This document shows, piece after piece, positions 8,127 to 21,063 of a stretch of DNA of 64,000 nt. Position numbers and translations under genes: made by a program. The DNA is from an uncultured Collinsella sp. GTDB taxonomy: Bacteria > Actinomycetota > Coriobacteriia > Coriobacteriales > Coriobacteriaceae. Position 1 is the stretch's first letter. Every line of letters starts with the position of its first letter. The notes under the pieces are model-generated. The model saw only the letters and a list, made by a program, of their open reading frames with translations. It was not told the DNA's origin and searched no databases. The stretch is taken from positions 144,606 to 208,605 of the forward strand of contig CAJKGW010000001.1 of assembly GCA_905199545.1 (NCBI GenBank). The letters run 5' to 3'.

Positions 8127-9743
8127 TTACTGCTCCTTCTCAATTGCGTTTTCGACCTTGTCGCGCATCTCGGCGACCTTCATGCCAAAGATGATCTGGA
8201 TATTATTGCCGTTGCGGTTGATGCCGCTGTTGGGCACGTGGTTGATGAGGTTCTCATCGATGAGGTCCGGGTTCTTAACGTTCACGCGGAGACGCGTAAA
8301 GCAGTTCTCGAGCTCCTCGATGTTGTCCTTGCCGCCAAGACCTGCGACCAGGTCGGCAATACCTGCATCGACACCCTCTGCAGGAGCCGCGGCAACAGCG
8401 CCCTGCTTTACCGCGACAGACGCGGCGGCCTCGCCCTCGGCAACGGACTCGGCGAGCTCGGACTCCTCCTCGCGACCAGGCGTGTGGAGCTTGAGCTTCT
8501 TAATGAGGAAGCTAAAGAGGAAGAAGTACAGAGCGGCGTTGACGACTCCAAGCACCAGCATAACCGGCCAGTTGGTCTTATCGACACCAAGAACCAGGTT
8601 GGAAACCACGATGTTGATGATGCCGCCTGCAGTCGAAGCGGGCACGGAGAGGACCTTGAGCAGAACCAGGAAGATGCCGGAAAGAACCGAGTGAACGACA
8701 AAGAGCACGGGAGCGGCAAAGACAAAGAGGAAGTCCATGGGCTCGGTCACGCAGGAGAGCACGGCGGTGATGATCAGCGGGATGATAACGGCCTTGGTCT
8801 TATCCTTGTTCTCCTTGTAAGCGGTGAAGATAAAGGCGAGACCGATACCGATATAGGGCCACAGGTTGTTGAAGGTGTAGCTGTTGAAATACGTGCTGTC
8901 GGAGAAGGGCTGGCCCGTCATTGCCATCTCGGCGACACGGATGGGATAGGCGCCGGCGATAACCTGACCACCCAGCGTCAGGGTGCCGCCCACATCGGAG
9001 AACTGGAACGGGGTGTAGATGAGGTGGTGCAGACCGGTGGGAACGAGCAGCTTATTGAGCATGCCGTAGATAAACAGACCGATGTTGCCCGACTCCTTAA
9101 TAATGCCGGCAACGGAGGAGATGGCACCCTGAACCGGAGGCCAAACGATGCAGAAGCCAGCACCCATGATCCAGGAAATGATGATCATGATCAGGAAAGG
9201 AAAACGAACGCCCGAGAACATCGAAAGGGCAATGGGGAACTGCTTGTTCGAGTACTTGTTGAACACGGCACCGGTGATGCAGCCCAGGATGATGCCACCA
9301 AACACGCCGGTATCGAGCACCTGGATGCCCATAACGGTGGCCTGGCCGGTTCCGGTAAGACCGAGCATGCCACTCGCATCGGCAAGAGAGCCGGTGGCGT
9401 TGAGCACGATGTTGTTAGCCTGCAGGAACAGGAAGAACGACATCAGGGCAATCAGCGAAGCATGGCCCTTGTTCTTCTTTGCCATGGCGCCGGCAATGCC
9501 CACGCAGAACAGAATCGAGAGGTTGTTGATGATAAACATCAGCGACTGATAGACAACGGCGCCCACAAGCTGGAACGGACCGGAGCCCAGTACGGGGATC
9601 AAGGCGCAAATGGTCTTGTTGGTCAGAATAATGCCCACGATGAGCAGAATGCCGGCAACCGAGAGATACATCATCGGCTGAACGATTGACTTCGCGAACA
9701 CCTCCAACGGCGCTTTGAAATTGAACTTCTTTTTTGCGGTCAT
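8127..9743 (-). CDS. PTS glucose/maltose-family EIICB component (alpha-glucoside specific by context)
   Basis: Multi-TM EIIC domain followed by an EIIB domain with the ENCFTRLRVNV phospho-Cys motif. Start MTAKKKFNFK has an AAGGAAGGGGA SD. The stop abuts the glvA start. Confidence 0.9.
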   Translation of the reverse strand: MTAKKKFNFKAPLEVFAKSIVQPMMYLSVAGILLIVGIILTNKTICALIPVLGSGPFQLVGAVVYQSLMFIINNLSILFCVGIAGAMAKKNKGHASLIALMSFFLFLQANNIVLNATGSLADASGMLGLTGTGQATVMGIQVLDTGVFGGIILGCITGAVFNKYSNKQFPIALSMFSGVRFPFLIMIIISWIMGAGFCIVWPPVQGAISSVAGIIKESGNIGLFIYGMLNKLLVPTGLHHLIYTPFQFSDVGGTLTLGGQVIAGAYPIRVAEMAMTGQPFSDSTYFNSYTFNNLWPYIGIGLAFIFTAYKENKDKTKAVIIPLIITAVLSCVTEPMDFLFVFAAPVLFVVHSVLSGIFLVLLKVLSVPASTAGGIINIVVSNLVLGVDKTNWPVMLVLGVVNAALYFFLFSFLIKKLKLHTPGREEESELAESVAEGEAAASVAVKQGAVAAAPAEGVDAGIADLVAGLGGKDNIEELENCFTRLRVNVKNPDLIDENLINHVPNSGINRNGNNIQIIFGMKVAEMRDKVENAIEKEQ

Positions 9744-9769
9744 AGCGGTACTCCCCTTCCTTTTCCGCA

Positions 9770-9842
9770 AATTAAGACAAATGTGCCCTGGGCAAGACCG
9801 TGAGCCTTGCCTTATATCAATCGATGTGTGGGCACGTTATGC
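9770..9842 (-). promoter_or_regulatory. Leader region with a candidate RAT/terminator for the LicT-type antiterminator
   Basis: The reverse strand reads GATTGATATAAGGCAAGGCTCACGGTCTTGCC. That is a GGCAAG...CTTGCC hairpin with partial similarity to the RAT consensus (ATTG..GCAGGCAA). Confidence 0.35.
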
Positions 9843-10709
9843 CTAGAGATCAGGTTCTCCAAGCAGGTTAACAATGTGGTACGCGAGATAACTCTTCTCG
9901 GCATCGGTAACGACAACGTTATAGGTAGACAACAAGTGGGCGGCTATGGCGTCCGCGCACGAGAATGCACACGGATACGCCGTTTCATCGATTCGGAACA
10001 GCGCGTCTCCGTTGATTTGCCCGGCCGTAGGATCGAGCGCTCGCTGTGCGAAAAACTGCAGGTGACGAACGAAACGTTCGTAAGGCAGCGAGGTGTCGTC
10101 GAGGGTCGTGGCATAGCGCTCGGAAACAATCGCGAGCACGTCGCGAACAAGCTGGACCGAAACAATCAGACGGTCAGAGCGCTGCGGCATGGTGGCGTTG
10201 ACGATATGCAAGGTAATGAAACCCTGCTCCTCCTCGCTCATCTGGATGCCCAAATAGTCCTTGATGATCTGAAGGGCACGGCCCGCAAGCGCGTACTCCT
10301 TGCGATAGAACTGCTGGATCTCGAGCAGCAGCGGGTTCTCGCAGGGAACGCCTTTGCGCTCGCGCTCCAAAGCAAGGCTGATATGGTCTGCGAGAGCGAT
10401 GAGGATCTTGTCGTTAATATCAACATTGAGCTCTCGACGAAGCATCTGAACGATATCCTCGGAAATCACGAGGTTGACGGTGGGGATGGACTCCAAAAGA
10501 TGTGCCAAGCGGTCAATCGTGCGCGAATCCTGAGAAGTTCCCTCCTGCAACGCGTAGGTCTTTTCGACTGACGCCTCGTCGATGGCATCGCCGGCATGAC
10601 GGCCAAAGCAGAGGCCTCGACCGATGACGATGAGCTCGGAGCCATCGTCCGAAGTGACCATTGCGACGTTGTTGTTAAAAACTCGCTTGATAACCACGGT
10701 ACCCACCAC
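9843..10709 (-). CDS. licT: BglG/LicT-family transcriptional antiterminator (CAT RNA-binding domain plus two PRDs)
   Basis: The N-terminus VVIKRVFNNNVAMVTSDDGSELIVIGRGLCFG matches the CAT domain. The length is consistent with two PRDs. Confidence 0.85.
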   Translation of the reverse strand: MVGTVVIKRVFNNNVAMVTSDDGSELIVIGRGLCFGRHAGDAIDEASVEKTYALQEGTSQDSRTIDRLAHLLESIPTVNLVISEDIVQMLRRELNVDINDKILIALADHISLALERERKGVPCENPLLLEIQQFYRKEYALAGRALQIIKDYLGIQMSEEEQGFITLHIVNATMPQRSDRLIVSVQLVRDVLAIVSERYATTLDDTSLPYERFVRHLQFFAQRALDPTAGQINGDALFRIDETAYPCAFSCADAIAAHLLSTYNVVVTDAEKSYLAYHIVNLLGEPDL

Positions 10710-10715
10710 AAGAAT

Positions 10716-11228
10716 TTACTCGGAAAGCCAGACGACAGGCTCTTTAACAGCAACAGGGCCGGAAGCATGCTCACGAAGAGTCGAGTTCTCCGAGCGCTCG
10801 CACACGATAACGAAGACCGTGGGATCGAAGCCGGCGGCGCGGACCGCGTCGAAATCGACCTCGACGAGGGGCTGGCCCGCATCGACATGGTCACCCTGGG
10901 CAACAAGCGCATGGAAGCCCTTGCCCTCAAGCTTAACAGTATCGATTCCGATATGCAGCATCACCTGAGCAGAGCTGTCGTCGGACATGATGCCCAGCGC
11001 GTGCTCAGTCGGGAACAGCGCCGCGATGGTACCGGAGACAGGAGCACACACCGTTCCCTCTTGGGGAACCACGGCAACGCCATCGCCCACTGCGCGGCTG
11101 CTAAAAGCGGGGTCCTTGGTATTTTCTAGATGAACAAGCTCGCCGGAAACAGGGGCGAGGATTTCGAACTCGGAAGCCGCAGTCGTCTGCTTATCCGAGC
11201 CACCCATAAGGCGAGAAAAGAAACCCAT
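10716..11228 (-). CDS. crr: PTS EIIA-Glc (Crr-like) component
   Basis: Motifs GDGVAVVP, APVSGT and HIGIDTVKLEGKGF match the EIIA-Glc signatures. The likely start is MGFFSRL. Confidence 0.85.
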   Translation of the reverse strand: MGFFSRLMGGSDKQTTAASEFEILAPVSGELVHLENTKDPAFSSRAVGDGVAVVPQEGTVCAPVSGTIAALFPTEHALGIMSDDSSAQVMLHIGIDTVKLEGKGFHALVAQGDHVDAGQPLVEVDFDAVRAAGFDPTVFVIVCERSENSTLREHASGPVAVKEPVVWLSE

Positions 11229-11531
11229 GGTGGCATGTCCCTTCATAAATATAGCCCAACCAAAATCAATCGAATGCGCCCATTGAGACGCGCACGATCA
11301 AAGACTTTGGTTAGGCCCACGTCCGAGGGGACTCGGTAACCTTCCGCATTTCTTTTTACGGGGGTTATTGTAGACAAGCCCAAAGCCGGAACAATCATTA
11401 TGACCGGCGAACGGTATTTTTTCTCCGATAAACGGTATTTAGGCGATATTTGGATGTCTCTATGACACTTAGGGACGTTCCTTTTCTGCCAGTACCCAGG
11501 GACACTCCTTGCTCTGACCTCTTTGCACTAA

Positions 11532-11568
11532 AAAGGGCCCCGAGCATAGTCTGCTCGGGGCCCTTAGT
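11532..11568 (-). terminator. Rho-independent terminator of the helicase gene
   Basis: GGGCCCCGAGCA...TGCTCGGGGCCC hairpin followed by a T-run on the minus strand. Confidence 0.6.
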
Positions 11569-11597
11569 TCGCCTCGCTCTAGCGTGCGACGCGTGTG

Positions 11598-13847
<2,250 letters not shown>

Positions 13848-14120
13848 ATGTTGTTGTTCCTTATCTGCACGCGCAAGGGGCACGGCATGCGGCCGCGCGG
13901 GGCGTGCTTGGTAGTGCGCTAATACATACAAAAACAGGTGCGCACAGAGAGGACGTTGCTCAGCACGCTGGCGATCGCTTTGGCAGCCCTATCACGCGCC
14001 GTCCAGACGCAGCAGCTCTAAGCGATGGAGCAGATTCGCCGCCGGTTAGTATACCCGCACTCCGTATGCACCCACGTAAACCACAGATGACGAGGCGGAC
14101 GGGGCGGACCTGGGCCAATT

Positions 14121-14257
14121 GTCTCAATCTGTAACAGATACTCAGCAAAAACCGGTCCAGCTGTTATAGATCGAGACAAACTCAAACCTCGCAAAACAAA
14201 ATCTCGATCTATAACAACTAGAGGTCATTTTCCCTGCTAGATGTTACAGATTGAGAT
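14121..14257. repeat. Family A hairpin array, locus 1 (2 units plus a degenerate arm)
   Basis: Arms gtctcaatctgtaacag / ctgttatagatcgagac and tctcgatctataacaa / tgttacagattgagat. The loop of unit 1 is in reverse orientation (aaaaccgg). Confidence 0.8.
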
Positions 14258-14333
14258 GTTTGGCAGGGACTGCCAACGATTGAGCAGCCGCCCTCATCTG
14301 TAATGAAAAGTCATACATTCCAACTATTACTAG

Positions 14334-14356
14334 ACACCCCCAGGGGGTATGGGTGT
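14334..14356 (+). promoter_or_regulatory. Candidate CsoR operator overlapping the copA promoter
   Basis: ACACCCCCAGGGGGTATGGGTGT is a GC-rich pseudo-palindrome. It closely resembles the B. subtilis copZA CsoR operator (TACCCTACGGGGGTAT). It lies ~55 nt upstream of the copA ATG. Confidence 0.5.
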
Positions 14357-14408
14357 ATAGTATCGGTTGGTTAACAATTCCAACACTAAACTACAGAAAG
14401 GAGAAGCC

Positions 14409-16748
14409 ATGGCTCAAGATAAATTCGATGTGGGTGGCATGACGTGCGCCGCCTGCCAGGCGCACGTAGACCGCGCCGTGAGCAAGCTCGACGGCGTCGA
14501 GAGCGTCGCGGTCAATCTGCTCGCCGGCTCTATGCTGGTGGACTACGACCCTGCGCAGGTCTCCCCCGACGATATCTGCACCGCCGTCGACCGCGCTGGC
14601 TACTCGGCCTCACCCGTCAGCACGGGCACCGACGCCGCCCAAAGCGGCAGTACGCAAGCCAGGTCCGGCGCCGCCCATATGGAGTCGCCGACCAAAAAGT
14701 TGGAGGCCGCCGCCTCTGCCATGCGCACCCGCCTCATCGTCTCAATCGTCTTCCTCATCCCGCTGTTCTACATAGGCATGGGGCACATGCTCGGTTGGCC
14801 ACTGCCCGGCGTCTTCACCGACCACACCCACAGCATGACGCTCGCCCTCACCGAGCTCGTCTTGCTCATCCCCATCGTCTACGTCAACGACGCGTACTTT
14901 ATCAACGGCTTCAAGTCGCTCGTGCACGGCGCGCCCACCATGGACGCCCTCATCGCCGTCGGCGCCACCGCTTCCATTGCCTGGTCGCTCTACGCCATGT
15001 TCATCATGGCCGACCAGCTAGCCGCAGGTCAGGTGCACGAGGCCATGATGACGGGCATGGACAACCTCTATTTTGAGAGCGCGGGCACGATTCTGTCGCT
15101 CGTCACCGTGGGCAAATACCTCGAGACGCGCAGCAAGTCCAAGACCGGCGGCGCCATCGAGGCGCTCATCGACTTGGCGCCCAAGACCGCGACCGTCGTT
15201 GCCGATGACAGCACCGAGACCACGGTGGACGTCGACAGTATCCTTCCCGGCCAGGTCCTGCGCGTGCGCCCCGGCGAGTCTATCCCCGTCGACGGCGTGG
15301 TACTCGAGGGCGCGTCGGCCGTGGACGAGAGTGCGCTCACCGGCGAGTCCATCCCCGTGGAAAAGACCGCCGGCGACACCGTCAACGCCGCCACCGTCAA
15401 CCGCACCGGTTCGTTTACCTTCCGTGCCACACGCGTGGGCGCCGACACGTCGCTTGCCAAAATCATCCAGCTCGTCGAGGACGCCAACGCCACCAAGGCG
15501 CCCATCGCCCGCCTGGCCGACAAGGTCGCCGGCGTGTTTGTGCCCGTGGTGTTCGTGATCTCGGCCGTGACCTTTGCGGTATGGATGGCGCTGACCGGCA
15601 GCATAAACGAGGCGCTCACCTCCGCCGTGGCCGTGTTGGTGATCAGCTGCCCGTGCGCACTCGGCCTGGCCACGCCCGTCGCCATTATGGTGGGCACCGG
15701 CAAGGGCGCCGAAATGGGCATCCTGTTCAAGAGCGCCGAGGCGCTGGAGAATCTGCGCAGCGTGGGCACCGTGGTGCTCGACAAGACGGGCACCGTCACC
15801 CGCGGCAAGCCGGCCGTGACCGACATTGTGGTTGCCGCGCGCGCCGACGGCTCGCCCGCCATGAGCGAAAAGGCGCTGCTCAAGCTGGCCGCCGCGCTGG
15901 AGCGCTCGAGCGAGCACCCGCTGGCAGAGGCGATTATGGCCGAGTGCGAGGCGCGCGGAATCGTCGCACGCATGGTCGAGGACTTTGCCGCCGTGCCTGG
16001 ACGAGGCGTTACGGCGCGCGAGGGACAAAACGTCATCGCTGCCGGCAACGCGCGCTTCATGGGCGAGTTGGGCGCTGCCGTGCCTACGGACCTTGCCGAG
16101 CAATTTGCCACCGAGGGCAAAACGCCGCTGTTCTTTGCCAAGAACGGTGAGCTTGTCGGCACCATTGCCGTGGCCGACGAGGTCAAAGAGACGAGCGCTG
16201 CCGCCATTGCCGCATTGCGCAAGCTCGGCGTCGATGTGCGCATGCTCACCGGCGACAACCGCGTGACGGCCGAGGCCATCGCCCGCCGCGTGGGACTGAG
16301 CAGCGAACAGGTTGTCGCCGACGTCCTGCCCGCCGACAAGGAGCACCAGGTGCGCGAACTGCAGGATGCGGGCGGCAAGGTCGCCATGGTGGGCGACGGC
16401 ATCAACGACTCCCCCGCCCTGGCGCGCGCCGACGTGGGCCTTGCGATCGGCACCGGCGCCGACATCGCCAAAGAAGGGGCAGATGTGGTGCTCATGCGCA
16501 GCGACCTCATGGATGTTGCGCGCGCCATCGAGCTTTCGCGCGCCACGATCCGCAACATCAAGCAGGACCTGTTCTGGGCGCTGTTCTACAACGGCATCGG
16601 CATTCCGCTGGCGGCAGGCGTGTTCTTCCCCCTCACCGGTTGGCAGCTCTCGCCGATGTTCGGCGCCGCGGCCATGAGCCTGTCGAGCGTGTGCGTCGTA
16701 AGCAATGCGCTGCGCCTACGAACCTTTAAGCCTAAAGTGGCAAAATAG
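14409..16748 (+). CDS. copA: Copper-translocating P1B-type ATPase
   Basis: N-terminal HMA domain [11 protein letters not shown] motif ([11 protein letters not shown]), DKTGTVT and [17 protein letters not shown] before ATG 14409. Confidence 0.9.
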   Translation: MAQDKFDVGGMTCAACQAHVDRAVSKLDGVESVAVNLLAGSMLVDYDPAQVSPDDICTAVDRAGYSASPVSTGTDAAQSGSTQARSGAAHMESPTKKLEAAASAMRTRLIVSIVFLIPLFYIGMGHMLGWPLPGVFTDHTHSMTLALTELVLLIPIVYVNDAYFINGFKSLVHGAPTMDALIAVGATASIAWSLYAMFIMADQLAAGQVHEAMMTGMDNLYFESAGTILSLVTVGKYLETRSKSKTGGAIEALIDLAPKTATVVADDSTETTVDVDSILPGQVLRVRPGESIPVDGVVLEGASAVDESALTGESIPVEKTAGDTVNAATVNRTGSFTFRATRVGADTSLAKIIQLVEDANATKAPIARLADKVAGVFVPVVFVISAVTFAVWMALTGSINEALTSAVAVLVISCPCALGLATPVAIMVGTGKGAEMGILFKSAEALENLRSVGTVVLDKTGTVTRGKPAVTDIVVAARADGSPAMSEKALLKLAAALERSSEHPLAEAIMAECEARGIVARMVEDFAAVPGRGVTAREGQNVIAAGNARFMGELGAAVPTDLAEQFATEGKTPLFFAKNGELVGTIAVADEVKETSAAAIAALRKLGVDVRMLTGDNRVTAEAIARRVGLSSEQVVADVLPADKEHQVRELQDAGGKVAMVGDGINDSPALARADVGLAIGTGADIAKEGADVVLMRSDLMDVARAIELSRATIRNIKQDLFWALFYNGIGIPLAAGVFFPLTGWQLSPMFGAAAMSLSSVCVVSNALRLRTFKPKVAK

Positions 16749-16895
16749 GTTCACCCTTAAGTCCATTTAGAACGGGTTTTCCAGGTGCCCGAGATTGACC
16801 TGAAAGAGGAGCGACGCGTACTTTGGTACGCGAGCGACGGCTTGAAGGTCAAGGTCGGGTGCCTGGGAAAGCCGACACAACAGAGAGGAATACCC

Positions 16896-17117
16896 ATGCG
16901 TTACACAATCAAGACTTCCGGCCTCATGTGCGGCCACTGCGACGCTACTGTCGAGACGGCACTGCTCAACGTGGCCGGCGTGACCGACGCCGACGCCGAT
17001 CACGAGACCCAGACCGTCCAGGTGGAGTGCGCCGACACCGTGACCGCCGAGCAGCTCGCCGCCGCCGTCGAGGCCGCGGGTGAGAAGTTCCACGCCCTTT
17101 CGGTGACCGCCGCGTAA
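16896..17117 (+). CDS. copZ: Heavy-metal-associated domain copper chaperone (CopZ-like)
   Basis: 74 aa with a MCGHC metal-binding motif. AGAGAGGAA SD. Confidence 0.8.
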   Translation: MRYTIKTSGLMCGHCDATVETALLNVAGVTDADADHETQTVQVECADTVTAEQLAAAVEAAGEKFHALSVTAA

Positions 17118-17160
17118 CGACCCGCACGTACCCCCCCCCGACCAGAAACGAGGACCCGCC

Positions 17161-17433
17161 ATGATGGCAGACCACAAATCGGTAACCCGCATGCTCAAGA
17201 CGGCACGCGGCCAGATCGACGGCATCTTGCGGATGGTCGATGAGGACCGTTACTGCGTCGATATTTCCACGCAGCTCATGGCAACGCAGGCGCTCATTGC
17301 GCGCATCAACGCCGACGTGCTCAAGGCGCATATCGAGGGCTGCGTGACTTCGGCAATCGAATCGGGCGACGAAGACCTCAAGGCCGCCAAGCTCGCCGAG
17401 ATCGAACGCGTCGTCGACAAGCTCTCCAAGTAA
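17161..17433 (+). CDS. csoR: CsoR/RcnR-family metal-sensing repressor
   Basis: 90 aa. RYCVDISTQL and the C/H/C ligand spacing are typical of DUF156 CsoR. Confidence 0.85.
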   Translation: MMADHKSVTRMLKTARGQIDGILRMVDEDRYCVDISTQLMATQALIARINADVLKAHIEGCVTSAIESGDEDLKAAKLAEIERVVDKLSK

Positions 17434-17443
17434 TTGGGGCATT

Positions 17444-17525
17444 GGGGACGGACTGCTTTGCACCTTCTTGGTGCATCGGGGACAGGTATGTTTGCACCAC
17501 CTTGGTGCAGATTGACCTGTCCCCC
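17444..17525. repeat. Family C motif, tandem pair (GGGGACnG...TTTGCACCnnCTTGGTGCA) with an enclosing GGGGACAGG...CCTGTCCCC stem
   Basis: Direct reading immediately after the csoR stop. It probably also acts as the terminator. Confidence 0.6.
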
Positions 17526-17579
17526 TTGCTCTAAATCGGGTATAAAGGCGTGCAGCATATCGAACGAAAGGCAATTTGC

Positions 17580-18053
17580 ATGAATGACTTTATGAAGGGC
17601 CGCAATGGCGCCGATGAGCTCACCATCGTTATGGGCTTTGTCGGCATCGTCATCGCGATGATCGGATCGATAGCCCATATCCAGTGGCTCAGCTGGATTG
17701 CCATCGCCGTAATCGTGATTGGCGTGCTGCGCGGCCTGTCCAAAAATATCGATGCACGTCGCAAGGAAAACGCGGCCTTTGTCGCCGCGACCGCTAACGT
17801 CCCCGGCCTGGGCAAGTTCGTAGCGAGCTTGGGTAGCGGCACCGCGGCTGCCAACGCCTCGCGCACGGCCGGTACCAGCAAGGAAGACTTTGAGCGTGCC
17901 AAGCGCACGGCCAAGAAGATGTGGAAGGGTCGCAAGACCACAGCATACCTCAAGTGCCCCAACTGCGGCCAGATGCTCTCCGTCCCCAAGGGCAAAGGCA
18001 AGATCCGCGTCACCTGCCCCAAGTGCCACGCCAAGATGGAAACCCGCTCCTAG
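17580..18053 (+). CDS. Small membrane protein with a C-terminal zinc-ribbon (CPNC...CPKC)
   Basis: One or two TM segments followed by a basic linker and a CxxC...CxxC motif. The start is assumed at MNDFMKG. Confidence 0.5.
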   Translation: MNDFMKGRNGADELTIVMGFVGIVIAMIGSIAHIQWLSWIAIAVIVIGVLRGLSKNIDARRKENAAFVAATANVPGLGKFVASLGSGTAAANASRTAGTSKEDFERAKRTAKKMWKGRKTTAYLKCPNCGQMLSVPKGKGKIRVTCPKCHAKMETRS

Positions 18054-18186
18054 CGCCCGCACGCGGGACAAATTAATCAGGTTTGTTTGTCCCAAATCTT
18101 AAGTATTTGTTCGATAAAAAAGCCGAGGCCTCGTGTTGAGACCTCGGCTTTTTGCATGCGGCAACGGAGCTGCCCCTTTGTCACAT

Positions 18187-19557
18187 CTACGCCACACCGT
18201 CGCGGGCGAGCTCCTCAGCCAGCGCTTCGGCAGGCATGGCCATAATCGCGTCGAGCTCGGCGTCCACCTCGGGAATACGCTTCACCTTGAGTTTGCGCAC
18301 CAGATCACCACGGCACATCACGTACGTCGGCTCACGCAGTGCGCACAGATCATCGAGCGGGTTCTTGCGCGTTACCAAGATATCGGCAGCCTTGCCGCAC
18401 TCGATCGTACCGGTCTCGCCGCCCAGCCCCAGCAGCTCGGCATTGATCTGCGTAGCCGTATGCAGCGCAAAGGCGTTGCTCACGCCCACGTACTTGGCAA
18501 AAAAGGCAACCTCACGCCACATGTCGTACTGCGTCACAAACGGGCAGCTCGAGTCCGTGCCCAGGCCCACCTTAACGCCAGCTTCCAGTGCGGCACGGGC
18601 GCTCTCGATGATGCCCGAACACACAATGTCGCCGTTCTTCTTTTGCGTGTCGGTCGAATGGGTCTTCTCCGGATCGAGCAGCACAAACGGCAGCGCGGGG
18701 CTGATAGTGCAGGTAACGCTGGGCGCACGCCCCTCAAGCTGCGTGCCCGCGGCGCCGCGGTACAGTTCCAAGATCTCGGGAGTCATCGGGGCACCGTGCT
18801 CGATCGTATCGACGCCGGCCTCAAGCGCGGCCTTCACGCCCTCGGTGCTCTCGACATGAGCCATAACCGGCAGGCCCACCTCGTGCGCAGCCTTGCACGC
18901 CGCCGCGGCAACCTCGACCGGCATGCGCAGCACGCCCGGCTCACCTACTTCGGTCGCGTCGAACACGCCGCCCGTCACGAACAGCTTGATGACGTCGGCA
19001 CCGCGCGCATACAAGTCACGCACTTGTTCGGCCGCCTCATCGGGGGTATCGGCGACCTGCGCGAACAGCCCCGCACCGTGACCGCCCGGCACCGTGACAC
19101 CCGTTCCCGGCGCCACCAGACGCGGACCCTGATACTTGCCGGCGTCGATAGCGTTGCGCACGGCAATATCGGCAAACAGCGGGTCACCCGCACCGCGCAC
19201 CGTGGTCACGCCGCTTGCCAACTGCTGCTGGGCGCTGCCCTTAAGAATATGGCGCACGATGGCGCGCCCCACGGGATTATCGAGCTTCTTCATCAGCGCG
19301 CCCGCATCGCCGGCCGAGACAGGCTTGCCCGAGCCGCACAGGTGCACATGCATATTGATGAGGCCGGGCATGAGGTACGCGCCGGCCAGGTCGATGACCT
19401 CGGCACCTGCAGGCGCCTGCGCCACAGCACTCGGCCCCACCCACGTGATGACACCGCGCTCAACGGCCACGGCCATATCGGGTTGCGGCTCCATATGCTC
19501 CGAGCCATCCAGGACGGTCGCATTGATAAACAACGTGGAACGATCGGCAGACGCCAT
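18187..19557 (-). CDS. Amidohydrolase-family metal-dependent hydrolase
   Basis: GLINMHVHL (HxH), conserved H and D ligands, and an amidohydrolase fold pattern. Start MASADRS with a GGGAGGAG SD. Confidence 0.8.
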   Translation of the reverse strand: MASADRSTLFINATVLDGSEHMEPQPDMAVAVERGVITWVGPSAVAQAPAGAEVIDLAGAYLMPGLINMHVHLCGSGKPVSAGDAGALMKKLDNPVGRAIVRHILKGSAQQQLASGVTTVRGAGDPLFADIAVRNAIDAGKYQGPRLVAPGTGVTVPGGHGAGLFAQVADTPDEAAEQVRDLYARGADVIKLFVTGGVFDATEVGEPGVLRMPVEVAAAACKAAHEVGLPVMAHVESTEGVKAALEAGVDTIEHGAPMTPEILELYRGAAGTQLEGRAPSVTCTISPALPFVLLDPEKTHSTDTQKKNGDIVCSGIIESARAALEAGVKVGLGTDSSCPFVTQYDMWREVAFFAKYVGVSNAFALHTATQINAELLGLGGETGTIECGKAADILVTRKNPLDDLCALREPTYVMCRGDLVRKLKVKRIPEVDAELDAIMAMPAEALAEELARDGVA

Positions 19558-19706
19558 ATCGAGCTCCTCCCTCACGAGCAACTTGAACATTTGTCCATTA
19601 TCACCCAGTGCGGCAGGGTTGCTGCGGACATATCGGTTAACGGAGAAAGGATGAGACACGGAGAACGGAATGCATTGCAGTCCCATCCCAGCGACATCCG
19701 GGAAAT

Positions 19707-19923
19707 GTCTAGATCTGTAACAGGTAGACCGGGTTTTAGCAGCCAGATGTTACAGATCGAGATCTTTCGGCACCGCGTCCAACCTTTGTCTCAATCTGTA
19801 ACAAGTAGACAGGTTTTCGGCCTCTAGATGTTACAGATCGAGATATTTTAGCGGCAGCCAACCTTCTGTCTCGATCTGTAACAGTTGCGAGGCCAAACGG
19901 CCCCTTGTTGTTACAGATCGAGA
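19707..19923. repeat. Family A hairpin array, locus 2 (3 units, period ~80 bp)
   Basis: gtctagatctgtaacag...tgttacagatcgagat; gtctcaatctgtaaca...tgttacagatcgagat; gtctcgatctgtaacag...ttgttacagatcgagac. Confidence 0.85.
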
Positions 19924-19965
19924 CAAACTCGGCAGGAACAACCACATCCGCGTCAGTTACACCCC

Positions 19966-21042
19966 TCAGCGCCCATACCACTGCCGCCTCCACTGCTCAG
20001 CCAAATCGGCCCACTGCGGAATGCCCGCCAGTCTCATCTTTTCAGCCAGCTTCCCCGGATTCTTGAGCTCATCAAACGTAAACCTCAGCACCTTATGTCC
20101 GAGCATCGTCAGATGAGACTCTCGCTGACGTTCTGCCACGAACGGGTCGACCGACTCCCGACCCTCGTCGTTCTGTAAGGCATACTTTCCCTTTCCATCG
20201 AGCTCGCCAATCACGCACGTCCCGTCCTCGAGCCTCCAGAAATAATCAACGCGAAACACTTGGCTCGAATCAAGCGGGTCACGAAACTCCACCTGCAACT
20301 CTGGCACCGGAAAACCGTATGCAATAAAGAATGCCCGGAACCGAGACTCGCCACCGTTTTCGGACAGCCCGTCCGCATGCGACGCAATCACCTGAGCTCT
20401 GCGATATCCGCGTCTGCCCTCGCAATCGGCCTGGAGCCGTTCGCAGAGGTCGTCGCGCGATATGCCCTTCGCCCGCAGCGCAGAATCGGCGATCGCCAGA
20501 CCATACGAAAACGGCGCACGCAGCAGACAGTCCTTCACCGTGCGCCAAAACGGCGTCACTCGCACGCCGTCGACGCGCTCAAGCGCACCCGCCGCCTGCG
20601 GACGCAACAGCCGGCATCCTGCACTCAGCGGCACCGAGCAACCTGTCTTAACAAGAAATCGCGGCCCAAGCAGATCATTTGGCACCTCCAGACCCCACAA
20701 AAGTGCCGCGTCGTAACCCCAAAACGCCCAATCGGGATGAAACTCCGCAAGCCCTTTGATGGTCCGCAGCGCTCGCTCCGTCGGCGTCAACGCATCCCAA
20801 TCATGCTGAAAACAGAACAGGTGCGACTCAGGCTCCGCGATATCGTCGGTTCCCACATGGCGCCGCAGCCACATGAGCTCGGCATTGTCGTGCGTCACAA
20901 GCAGCACGCCTAGTTCAGCCGCCTCCGTGAGCCTGGCAAGCATCCTATTCCGCGCCAACGTGTTGCGAGCCGTATGCTTGTGTTTGAGAACGGTATTAGA
21001 CACTTCCATCACCACCACATCGGACAAATGGACCATTGTCAC
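19966..21042 (-). CDS. DUF559 (REase-like) domain protein with an AbiEi-like N-terminal region
   Basis: The C-terminus ESRFRAFFIAYGFPVPELQVEF...VDYFWRLEDGTCVIGELDGKGKY...TMLGHKVLRF matches the DUF559 pattern that is common in Actinobacteria. Confidence 0.65.
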   Translation of the reverse strand: MTMVHLSDVVVMEVSNTVLKHKHTARNTLARNRMLARLTEAAELGVLLVTHDNAELMWLRRHVGTDDIAEPESHLFCFQHDWDALTPTERALRTIKGLAEFHPDWAFWGYDAALLWGLEVPNDLLGPRFLVKTGCSVPLSAGCRLLRPQAAGALERVDGVRVTPFWRTVKDCLLRAPFSYGLAIADSALRAKGISRDDLCERLQADCEGRRGYRRAQVIASHADGLSENGGESRFRAFFIAYGFPVPELQVEFRDPLDSSQVFRVDYFWRLEDGTCVIGELDGKGKYALQNDEGRESVDPFVAERQRESHLTMLGHKVLRFTFDELKNPGKLAEKMRLAGIPQWADLAEQWRRQWYGR

Positions 21043-21063
21043 CGTTGCCTCCGCTGATAAACG

